16,620 bases of DNA from an uncultured archaeon (GTDB lineage Archaea; Asgardarchaeota; Thorarchaeia; Thorarchaeales; Thorarchaeaceae). Each line of letters opens with the position of its first letter. Position 1 is the stretch's first letter. Both the position numbers and the translations under genes were made by a program. Below the pieces are notes generated by a model that worked only from the letters and a program-made list of their open reading frames with translations, had not been told where the DNA came from and did not search any database. Below, piece by piece: positions 8,659 to 16,556 of this stretch. The DNA lies in the NCBI GenBank assembly GCA_964590575.1, contig CAZPWM010000044.1, positions 6,943 to 23,562 of the forward strand, in the 5' to 3' direction.

Positions 8659-10959
8659 CTACCGCCGTAGATAGAACCTTTTGTTCATGACAGTTCCTAT
8701 TGTAGAGAGTACCCGACGGTCCACGAAGGATATGCGATCAATAATTCTCAAAGCACGAGTTAAGTTCGAGAATACGGCATTAAGATAGGGTTGTGCTTCA
8801 ACCATTTCCGATTGTTCAACCATCTGCAGATAGGCATTGGCTATCTTAACCAACCCAAGCCAATCTTCATCTAAAAGGAAGTTGTATTGATTCTCATCAA
8901 CATCTACAGGAGCCCCTTGAAACCGTCCTCTATCAATATATGCAGCATATTGATTCTCCAATACTAGCGCAAAGCGACGTAGTACTTTTGATATTGAAGA
9001 TGATGTTGCTTTGATGAACTCTGAAGACTCAAGAAATGTTGGTTCTATCAATGCAACCGCTCCAAATGCAATAGCTGCTCCATAAAAACCAGTAGCTAAT
9101 TCGGAATAGTCCTTATTGTCATAAAAGGCTCTGATTGTCTGGACAAGATAGGTCTGACCCAACCAGTACTGTGCTAGAAGTGGATCATTACGCTGAACCG
9201 CATCATCCACTGGAGGTTGAATCCTTACACCAACCTCGAAATTCAACGCATCCAAGTTTAATTTAGCTGTCGATAATGCAGCAGTCAACCCAGCAACATC
9301 AGCAAGAGGGGATGTACTGACGCTCATCATCTTCGACCGCTCTAGAAGGGTGTTCCATGAATTCTCTAAGAATGGAACTACTAGAGATACACCATGGATA
9401 AACATTGATTCTTCATCTACTCTGACATCAATCAGCATTCTATCAATATCATCGAGTAGCCTCGTGAGTCTGGGGGGGATGGTACCACCGTGTCGATTCA
9501 ATAACCAGACAACATTGTATGTTGCAATAGCCATCTCTACAAATGCTCGAGTGTCAGTGGGAGAAAGGGGTACATACTGGACCAATATATCACGGAGTGG
9601 GTCTTGAATATCTAGCTCAGTTCTTTTAGAGATACGCATTTGTGAAAGTGCCAAACCCATCCGAGTTCCAATAAGCTCAATCTCTGAAACCCTACCATCA
9701 GCAAATTGAGCCTCTCGTAATTTCACAGCTGTTTCAAATGAAGTCAAACCAATTGGCCAAAATTCATCGCTTTCAGTGCAAAGGCAGGACCAACCAATTG
9801 CATTCTCTGTTCTCGCGAGCTCAAGGTCAATATCGGGGTAGAAGTCCTCCAAGTTTCGAAGTATTCCTTTGGCTTCATTGAAGTACTCTATTGATTTTGT
9901 CATGTTATCATGATCACCTAGGAGACCATGAGCAAAACCAAGACCAGCCAGTATCTTGAATACATGAATTCTATGATTGGTTTTGTTTTCCTCGACACTA
10001 TTAAAAATTCTAAGCCCAAGTTGAAGACGATTAATGGCTTGAGGTACACCTTCTCGCCAACCATTTGCCAAGATACTAGAACCAATCACAAGGTGAGCAA
10101 GGCCCACCTCAGCTTTATCAACAAGACCATCTTTAAGAGCTAAGTCGTAGAGTTCTGCAGCTTTGTCGCCTATATCACGTGCGGTAGTATGAGACACCGT
10201 TTCATCCCGGGTTTCATTCACACCCAGTTGAAGGCTCACCTCTGCAAGTCGCACCTGGGCATTTTGTGCACGCGCGATTGTTTCCAATTCATTAAGACGC
10301 GTCCGAGCTGCTTCAAACATATGAAGTTCGGTGAGAACACAAGCATAGTCAAAAGTTACCTCAAATGAGAAGTCGTTTTGACCTATTTCATTGCTTATCT
10401 CAATTAATCGATTAAGAAGTAATTCTGCACCTTCAAAGAAACCTTCTTTGATGAGTAACCAAGCGAGATTATGGATCTCATATAATGCAAGTGTTGTCGC
10501 ACTGTCATGACGTCGGTCATAGATAGCATTCAGAGTCATGAGAACCTCATCAGCTAAGAATGGGAGTAGAGGCCTAAGATTGAGTCGAATTGAAGAGCTG
10601 AGAGCTTGGGATAGTTCACCGAGAATATCAATAAGATCGGGGATTGCTTCAATATCAGGAAGGATCTCACACTCTGAACGTCGATGACCATTCGTGTATC
10701 TTGTATCAAGCAACAACAAGAGTTCGGGAACCACACGGTCTTTGTGGAATGATAATCGGATTGATAGCTCAGTAAGTTTAGCACTCGCAAGACCAGGTCT
10801 ACGAAGGATGATTTCCTCAATAGCACGTGCGATATCAAAGAGAGTATTTGCTTCTCCAATGTCATTAAATGAAATGTTTTGAACTGCGGAGAGACCATCA
10901 TCGAGAGACAGATTTACGCAGAGTATATCTCTCAGTGTAGCTATGAGCATTGCTTGCAT
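8659..10959 (-). CDS. Large alpha-helical hypothetical protein, TPR-like solenoid
   Basis: 766-aa ORF, Leu/Ala/Glu-rich, with TPR-like segments (LYEIHNLAWLL...AELLL, LAGLGFAHGLLGD...SIEYFNEA, ARTENAIGW...FETAVKLRE); GAGGAGAG upstream of ATG. Confidence 0.7.
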   Translation of the reverse strand: MQAMLIATLRDILCVNLSLDDGLSAVQNISFNDIGEANTLFDIARAIEEIILRRPGLASAKLTELSIRLSFHKDRVVPELLLLLDTRYTNGHRRSECEILPDIEAIPDLIDILGELSQALSSSIRLNLRPLLPFLADEVLMTLNAIYDRRHDSATTLALYEIHNLAWLLIKEGFFEGAELLLNRLIEISNEIGQNDFSFEVTFDYACVLTELHMFEAARTRLNELETIARAQNAQVRLAEVSLQLGVNETRDETVSHTTARDIGDKAAELYDLALKDGLVDKAEVGLAHLVIGSSILANGWREGVPQAINRLQLGLRIFNSVEENKTNHRIHVFKILAGLGFAHGLLGDHDNMTKSIEYFNEAKGILRNLEDFYPDIDLELARTENAIGWSCLCTESDEFWPIGLTSFETAVKLREAQFADGRVSEIELIGTRMGLALSQMRISKRTELDIQDPLRDILVQYVPLSPTDTRAFVEMAIATYNVVWLLNRHGGTIPPRLTRLLDDIDRMLIDVRVDEESMFIHGVSLVVPFLENSWNTLLERSKMMSVSTSPLADVAGLTAALSTAKLNLDALNFEVGVRIQPPVDDAVQRNDPLLAQYWLGQTYLVQTIRAFYDNKDYSELATGFYGAAIAFGAVALIEPTFLESSEFIKATSSSISKVLRRFALVLENQYAAYIDRGRFQGAPVDVDENQYNFLLDEDWLGLVKIANAYLQMVEQSEMVEAQPYLNAVFSNLTRALRIIDRISFVDRRVLSTIGTVMNKRFYLRR

Positions 10960-11020
10960 TCGAGCCTCTCCTCTTAGAGGATGCTCAATGTTCCTGCTTT
11001 AAAGGTTTCACAGAAATTAG

Positions 11021-11734
11021 TTATCGCGTAATCTTGAAATCGTGCCATTCTCTTGAGGTGTCAGTACCTCGCATACGCTCCATTCTGAGTTGATGCAAGG
11101 GGGTTGGACCGCTATCATCTATTCTAAATCTTAGAACTGCATCAGCTAAGTATGAAAATGTGGCATAGGTCTTCTCGTCATGAACACCATCTTCAAGGAC
11201 ATACATAATACTGTGCGAGCTTTGTGTTATTCTACCACTCAAACGTTGGACTGCTCTTGGCATTGTTGCAGGATTGGAGTGCAGAATCAATGTGGAAAGA
11301 CTATCAATCACAATTCGCGCGACAACAAGTTTCTCTAATACCTCTGACAAGACGATTCCAAGCTCACTAGTATCTTCCACTTTTGCAAGTGACCTTGCAG
11401 AACCAGTCTGTTGAGCTCCCATCCGTTCTGAATATGCATCGATGAAAACAAAACGACCAGATGCTTCTTGCTCTTCAACACTCCAACCATGACGGCTCAT
11501 ATCATTTCGAATGGACCGCGGAGAAACATCTGTTGTGACGAAGACTGCAGGGAATCCTAAAGCAATCCCTTCAGCAAGAAAAGCCTCTGCATACGTAGTC
11601 TTTCCTGAACCAAGTGGACCCACCAACATATAGGATACTTGCGTAAGTTGACCAAACTTCACAAGATCACTGATCATAGGAGTGGCTTTTGCTGGGGGTT
11701 GCACCACCCTTTGTGAGTCTTGATTCTCAACCAC
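11021..11734 (-). CDS. RecA-superfamily KaiC/RAD55-like ATPase, single domain, degenerate catalytic site
   Basis: Walker A GPLGSGKTT, Walker B IVIDSLS, EDGVHD, LADAVL, RMRG; the catalytic EE position reads DV. Confidence 0.88.
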   Translation of the reverse strand: MVENQDSQRVVQPPAKATPMISDLVKFGQLTQVSYMLVGPLGSGKTTYAEAFLAEGIALGFPAVFVTTDVSPRSIRNDMSRHGWSVEEQEASGRFVFIDAYSERMGAQQTGSARSLAKVEDTSELGIVLSEVLEKLVVARIVIDSLSTLILHSNPATMPRAVQRLSGRITQSSHSIMYVLEDGVHDEKTYATFSYLADAVLRFRIDDSGPTPLHQLRMERMRGTDTSREWHDFKITR

Positions 11735-11759
11735 TTTCTGGGCCTCGCAATATCACTGA

Positions 11760-12506
11760 TTAGGTCCCGGGACTGATTTCCCCAGGCCATACTCGGATTC
11801 CTTCATCTGTGATTCTCATGGAATGAATCCTTGAACTATGTTTCGAACCTCTCAGTTTGAGAACCTCGATGGAACGAGAACGAGATGTGTCACTTATTTT
11901 CTCGTTGTAGAGTACAATTACACCCGATGCTAAGAAGGCTTCGATATCAAACACGCCTAAGCCATGATCATCAGCCGGAATCTCACTGGTAAGGAGGAGA
12001 GTACAGCCAGTTCTTGTGATAGTAGCTGCAAGCTTGAAGAACTCCTCCCGAAGGATATCTCGACTCTTGAATTTGTAAGCCATAATCGAGAGTGTGTCAA
12101 GAACGACACGCTTTGCATTTAGTTTCTTAATATGATTGAGAATAATTGCTTCCAATCCTGAAAGGTCAAAACTTGGATACTCCCCAATTGTGACGGGAGT
12201 CACTTCTTTTGAGGGTGACAAGTCAACTATTGAGATTCTCTTTTCATTCACAAGCTTCTCAAGGTCCATCCCAAATCGCATCATATTCCTCTTGATAAGA
12301 TGAGGAGGTTCTTCGAGAGTTACGAACACTCCGGGTTCGTCATATTCAGTGGCACCCTTGTAGATGAACTGTGTAGCAAGAATGCTTTTTCCAGTTCCAG
12401 CCTTTCCTGCGATGAGGATTGTATCACCTCTGGGAAAGCCACCCTCGATCAGTTCATCGAGACCAGGAATACCAGTCTTTACTCTATCAATTTCATGGTC
12501 GCTCAT
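11760..12506 (-). CDS. Single-domain KaiC-like ATPase resembling the CI domain
   Basis: TGIPGLDELIEGGFP, Walker A GKAGTGKS, DEPGVFVTLEE, FDLSGL, RVVLDT, R-finger IEVLKLRG, ITDEGIRVWP. Confidence 0.93.
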   Translation of the reverse strand: MSDHEIDRVKTGIPGLDELIEGGFPRGDTILIAGKAGTGKSILATQFIYKGATEYDEPGVFVTLEEPPHLIKRNMMRFGMDLEKLVNEKRISIVDLSPSKEVTPVTIGEYPSFDLSGLEAIILNHIKKLNAKRVVLDTLSIMAYKFKSRDILREEFFKLAATITRTGCTLLLTSEIPADDHGLGVFDIEAFLASGVIVLYNEKISDTSRSRSIEVLKLRGSKHSSRIHSMRITDEGIRVWPGEISPGT

Positions 12507-12835
12507 TTTGACCCTTCCTTCTTTTTTGATAATACTTTTACACCAAGAACCATTTTCATCAGCATGTCCGGTTCAGGGATCCCGGTCACTGACATTCCAC
12601 CAATCATAACGGTCGGTAGTGCAAAGATACCAAATTCTTCAGCAGATTCTGGATTCTCACTGACGTTAATCACCTTTAGAGTGAACGCGTCGGAGCCAAA
12701 GTCCTCAATTGTTTCTCGAACTACTTCTTCTGCTCGCGGACAAAATGCACAAGTATCAGACTTGAAAAAAACAACCTCGATTTTCTCGATGGCGTCTTTC
12801 TTTGTTGACGCTTTGCGTTTTTTCTTATCCGCCAA
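12503..12835 (-). CDS. Thioredoxin-fold protein with CAFC motif (small archaeal thioredoxin / KaiB-like)
   Basis: FKSDTCAFCPRA, LKVINVSENPESAEEFGIFALPTV; ATGA overlap with the KaiC-like gene; TTG start with AGGAG upstream; basic N- and C-termini. Confidence 0.88.
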   Translation of the reverse strand: MADKKKRKASTKKDAIEKIEVVFFKSDTCAFCPRAEEVVRETIEDFGSDAFTLKVINVSENPESAEEFGIFALPTVMIGGMSVTGIPEPDMLMKMVLGVKVLSKKKEGSK

Positions 12836-12948
12836 ATGGTCGCACTCCTGAGTTCAAGAAACGGCAATGTTTCAAGCAATAGTTGTCACTTGAATGTTTT
12901 GAGGGTGTCGGCAGACATCCACTGGATATAGAAATGAATACAGGGATA

Positions 12949-13332
12949 TTATGAATATTTCAATAGACGTCTAATCCTTGTCGCAGCTTTTCCAATTGGT
13001 CGTGAGTGATAGCGGACTCCGCGAGGCATAACTGCTGCTAGAATCAATGCTTGCTTCCCACTTGTTCCTATCTTCTTGAAGACTGCTTTCCCTTGGGTGC
13101 ATCGGAGACTGATGTCTCGAATATCCCCAAGCATCAGTTCTTTGCGTACTCTCTCTGCTGAATTCGAGATAAAACCAGAAACCGCTGCGACTACATCCCG
13201 GTCAGCACCTGGGGAAACTGCTGATGCAATAGAGAAACCATCGTCTCGCACGAGAGACGAGTGTGTAAACCCGCCTTCCTTGTTCATCTGCTCAAGAATC
13301 TTAGGAAGTGCATTGTAATCAGGACGGCTCAT
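12949..13332 (-). CDS. Roadblock/LC7 (MglB-like) domain protein
   Basis: 127 aa; SLVRDDGFSIAS, DVVAAVSG...AERVRKEL pattern typical of roadblock proteins; AAGGAGA upstream. Confidence 0.87.
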   Translation of the reverse strand: MSRPDYNALPKILEQMNKEGGFTHSSLVRDDGFSIASAVSPGADRDVVAAVSGFISNSAERVRKELMLGDIRDISLRCTQGKAVFKKIGTSGKQALILAAVMPRGVRYHSRPIGKAATRIRRLLKYS

Positions 13333-13380
13333 TGAAATTCTCTCCTTTGAATCAACGGTCTACACTCGAATTAGTCGTTT

Positions 13381-13428
13381 CCCTAATAAACCATCTTAGA
13401 CTGCACCAACCACAGTAGAGATTTAAAT
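13381..13428. promoter_or_regulatory. Putative divergent promoters for the roadblock operon and the Rab-like GTPase
   Basis: Minus-strand TTTATTA at 13384-13390 and ATTTAAAT at 13421-13428 in a 134-bp head-to-head gap. Confidence 0.35.
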
Positions 13429-13466
13429 GCCCTCGACCTTTGTTCATGGGTGCGGGTTTGAGTGCC

Positions 13467-14015
13467 ATGTCAGCTGAGTTCCGCTATAAAATCGTCATGT
13501 TGGGGGACGGTGCAGTAGGAAAGACAGCTATGACCGCTCGTTTCACTCAAGATCATTTCGATTCTGATTACAAGCGCACCATCGGAAGCGACTTTGCAAT
13601 CAAACGACTCACTCTCGAGGACTTAGATGCGCAGGTGACTTTGCAGATATGGGATCTCGCCGGGCAACCAAGATTCGAGTCTGTGCGCCAGGGGTTTTAC
13701 AGAGGGGCTCGCGGGGGGCTATTGCTTTACGATGTGACCCGAAGACGGACATTCATGAACGTTGAGAACTGGAAAGACGAAGCATTCAAAAACCTACAGA
13801 ATGAAATACCCCTAGTCTTGGTAGCAAACAAGGTAGATCTAAAGGATAGTCGAGTAGTTTCAACAGAAGAGGGCGAGAAGTATGCAAAGAAAAACGGGCT
13901 CATCTACGTTGAGTCTAGTGCGCTCACTGGTGAGAACGTTGAGGAAGCATACTCAACCTTGTGTAAAAAGATGATTGAAGACTCCAAGAACGGGATTCCA
14001 ACCAAGACTGTCTAG
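13467..14015 (+). CDS. Rab-like small GTPase
   Basis: G1 GDGAVGKT, G2 YKRTIG, G3 WDLAGQ, G4 NKVD, G5 ESSAL; RabF-like IGSDF, LQIWD, RFES, FYRGA, LLYDVT; no C-terminal Cys; start at ATG 13467 preferred. Confidence 0.93.
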   Translation: MSAEFRYKIVMLGDGAVGKTAMTARFTQDHFDSDYKRTIGSDFAIKRLTLEDLDAQVTLQIWDLAGQPRFESVRQGFYRGARGGLLLYDVTRRRTFMNVENWKDEAFKNLQNEIPLVLVANKVDLKDSRVVSTEEGEKYAKKNGLIYVESSALTGENVEEAYSTLCKKMIEDSKNGIPTKTV

Positions 14016-14021
14016 TAACTA

Positions 14022-15158
14022 TTACCCATTCCTGGTTGTTCCTTTCAGTAAACCTAGTTCACGTTTACACTGCCATACCAGATAGAAGATCTTCTTGGTT
14101 GCTAAGATTGCTTCATCATAATTTGAACAGAGATTCTCGAACTGCTGTACTAGTTCATCTCTGGTTTCTTCACTCAACGTAGATTTAATCTCGTTCAAGA
14201 GTGCTTCGAAAGGAGCTATTGTGCCTGCAAGGTCAGTAACGTCCCAACGAATAATCGCTCCAGTACCATCTGCAGTCAGAAAAGATGAGGTCTTAGGATA
14301 CCACTCAATCCCGTCAATCTCACCCATTGTCGAAGCCTCACCGTGAATGGCAAGTTTTTCTGTGTCCCAGAGATAGATTGTCTTATCACTAGATCCTGAG
14401 GCGAGGTATTTACCATCCTCACTAAATGAGAGTGCTCGAACCTCTGTGTTGTGACCCTGAAGAACATGAGCTACCTTCATTGGTGTTCCTGCGGAGTCCC
14501 AGAGAATCACGTGAAGGTCGGAGGATCCAGAAGCAAGTCTTGACCCATCAGGACTGAAGCGGACGTTGTGTACTGCAGCACGGTGTTCACTGTGTCGTTG
14601 AATCATTTCACCAGAGTTTGAATCCCACTCGCAGATATTAGCATCAACAGATCCAGACACAATTCGGTTGTCCTGAGGATCCCAGTCACACGTGACCACG
14701 TAGAAACCATGTCCTTTCATGTGATTAAGCCGAGAATGATTTTCAACGTCCCATATCATGAGTGTAGTGTCACCGCTTCCGGAAACCAGCTTGTTGCCAT
14801 CAGGAGAGAAGGCAAGAGCAAGAACAGGATATTCATGACCCTCTAGTGTAGCTAAGCATTCACCTGTTCGAATATCCCAAAGTTTTACAACACGTTCAAC
14901 ACTTCCAGTTGCAAGAATGTCACCTTTCGGACTGAAAGCAATCGATGTACAGAGAAACTCGTCCTGCATTCGTTGTATCTCTTCGCCATTATCAGCGAAA
15001 TAAAGACGAATACTTCGATCCTGCAACGCCGCAGCATACATCCGTCCTACTTGATTCATTGCGAACCTTCTGGTTATCTCAGATCCATGCTCGGCCTGAC
15101 CTTTCAGGATTATTGGTTTCAGGAATATTGAAGTCTCTTGACTCTCCATATATGTCAC
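14022..15158 (-). CDS. WD40-repeat beta-propeller protein with a short helical C-terminal extension
   Basis: About seven repeats with GH...SGS.D..W-D signatures (e.g. LEGHEYPVLALAFSPDGNKLVSGSGDTTLMIWD); about 70-aa predicted helical tail; exact start uncertain (15158 or 15149). Confidence 0.93.
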   Translation of the reverse strand: MTYMESQETSIFLKPIILKGQAEHGSEITRRFAMNQVGRMYAAALQDRSIRLYFADNGEEIQRMQDEFLCTSIAFSPKGDILATGSVERVVKLWDIRTGECLATLEGHEYPVLALAFSPDGNKLVSGSGDTTLMIWDVENHSRLNHMKGHGFYVVTCDWDPQDNRIVSGSVDANICEWDSNSGEMIQRHSEHRAAVHNVRFSPDGSRLASGSSDLHVILWDSAGTPMKVAHVLQGHNTEVRALSFSEDGKYLASGSSDKTIYLWDTEKLAIHGEASTMGEIDGIEWYPKTSSFLTADGTGAIIRWDVTDLAGTIAPFEALLNEIKSTLSEETRDELVQQFENLCSNYDEAILATKKIFYLVWQCKRELGLLKGTTRNG

Positions 15159-15331
15159 GCACAGACCCGTTTCTAAATGCTCGAGGTTTTAGAGTGCGTA
15201 AAAGTCTTGTTGATACATCATCCAGCGCTACTAATCAAACTTGAACTGCATTCAGCTACGCGAATAAAATCATGCAACATCGCAGTAACCATTATCTACT
15301 GCCACAACGAGAATCAATGTGAGGGTGACCT

Positions 15332-16555
15332 TTGGTCGATAAGGACGAGCGGAGAATTGCTGCAGCATTAGGTGGAGGCGAATCTGTTAGTCGTTTTAAG
15401 AAGGCAGTGAAGGGAGTATTGAGAAAATCAGATGATATTGTAAGCAAGATGCTGTCCAATCTAACGAGTATCCAAGCATGCAAAGACGCCGCATTAACTG
15501 GAGATGATGACCTTAGATTGCTAGCAGTTTGTCGGCTTGGAGAATTCGGCGCGGCTGCATTTGATGCTCTCGATATTTCTCTCAACGACGAGAGTTTCTT
15601 GGTTCGTACAGTGGCTGCAGGAATGCTAGCTTACACAGAGGACAAAGAAGCAATTGATATCCTCAAACCCTATCTCGTTGACAACGATGAAACTGTAAGA
15701 GATGCTGTGAAGTATTCACTAGGTTGGCTCGATGAATATGCGTCTAAGAAGGAACATGGCACACGTATTCCTGAAAAATGGGAAAATCCAGCAGAGATTC
15801 TTCTTGACACAGATGCGATTCCTTTGAGGATCTCAGAGGAAGTAGAAGTCATCAGCACCTATACTACAATACCAGAAAGTCTAGAATTTGGAATGAATGT
15901 GGAGAACAACACCTTGGAAACAATCCATGAGGTTTCCATCAAAGTCTTGTTGTATCCGAACGAGAGTCTAAAGCCTCTTGACCCTCTAAGCCAACTCATC
16001 GTATCAATAGAACCAGGAGGGATCGAGGCGCTCATCTTTGGTTTCAAAGTGACCAATGAAGTAGTTGAGGGAGAGTTTGTTACATCAGTTCAATTCATTG
16101 ACGAAAAAGGGGAGGATGTAGCCGCGATCTCTGGCAACATATTTGTGAGATCTCTGTTCGAACAGGTACTCCCTCTAAAGACAACACCTGAAGAGCTCCT
16201 CAGTCTAAAAGCTAAGATGAAAGAGTGGAATAGAGAACACTCTCTTGCTGTTGATGCGAAAGAGCTATTCGACATATTACAAAATCTCTTTCAAAGCTGG
16301 AATCTATACACTATCCAAACTGAGAACACTGAAAGGGATGGTGTGTTTATGGGAGTCGTTTCTGGGATGGCAAAAGGAAGGATTCACGGCAACAAGTTGG
16401 CAGTGACCTTAACAGTTGTTGGACGGGTCGATGATGAACTGTCAAAACTACGAATTGATGTTCTTTCTGATGACCCTGAGGTTTTACACACCGTTGCTAG
16501 TGTGCTCTTTGAAACAATACAAAGAAAACTTGGTGTAATCGAGATGGAAACCTAG
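15332..16555 (+). CDS. HEAT-repeat protein with a probable adaptin/coatomer appendage-like C-terminal region
   Basis: HEAT/PBS-like repeats (LNDESFLVRTVAAGML, LVDNDETVRDAVKYSLG); beta-rich Ig-like segment (FGMNVENNTLETIHEVSIKV...IEPGG); alpha/beta C-terminus ending LRIDVLSDDPEVLHTVASVL. Confidence 0.7.
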   Translation: MVDKDERRIAAALGGGESVSRFKKAVKGVLRKSDDIVSKMLSNLTSIQACKDAALTGDDDLRLLAVCRLGEFGAAAFDALDISLNDESFLVRTVAAGMLAYTEDKEAIDILKPYLVDNDETVRDAVKYSLGWLDEYASKKEHGTRIPEKWENPAEILLDTDAIPLRISEEVEVISTYTTIPESLEFGMNVENNTLETIHEVSIKVLLYPNESLKPLDPLSQLIVSIEPGGIEALIFGFKVTNEVVEGEFVTSVQFIDEKGEDVAAISGNIFVRSLFEQVLPLKTTPEELLSLKAKMKEWNREHSLAVDAKELFDILQNLFQSWNLYTIQTENTERDGVFMGVVSGMAKGRIHGNKLAVTLTVVGRVDDELSKLRIDVLSDDPEVLHTVASVLFETIQRKLGVIEMET

Positions 16556-16556
16556 T

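Noticed and set aside
11735-11762. Frameshift or readthrough fusing the two KaiC-like genes into one CI-CII protein
   Set aside because: Gene A ends in a clean TAA, gene B is in another frame with its own GTG start, and no slippery run is evident; B resembles stand-alone RAD55-type proteins
12300-12851. 183-aa plus-strand ORF
   Set aside because: Antisense to the well-supported Trx and KaiC-like genes; Ser/Phe-rich shadow composition
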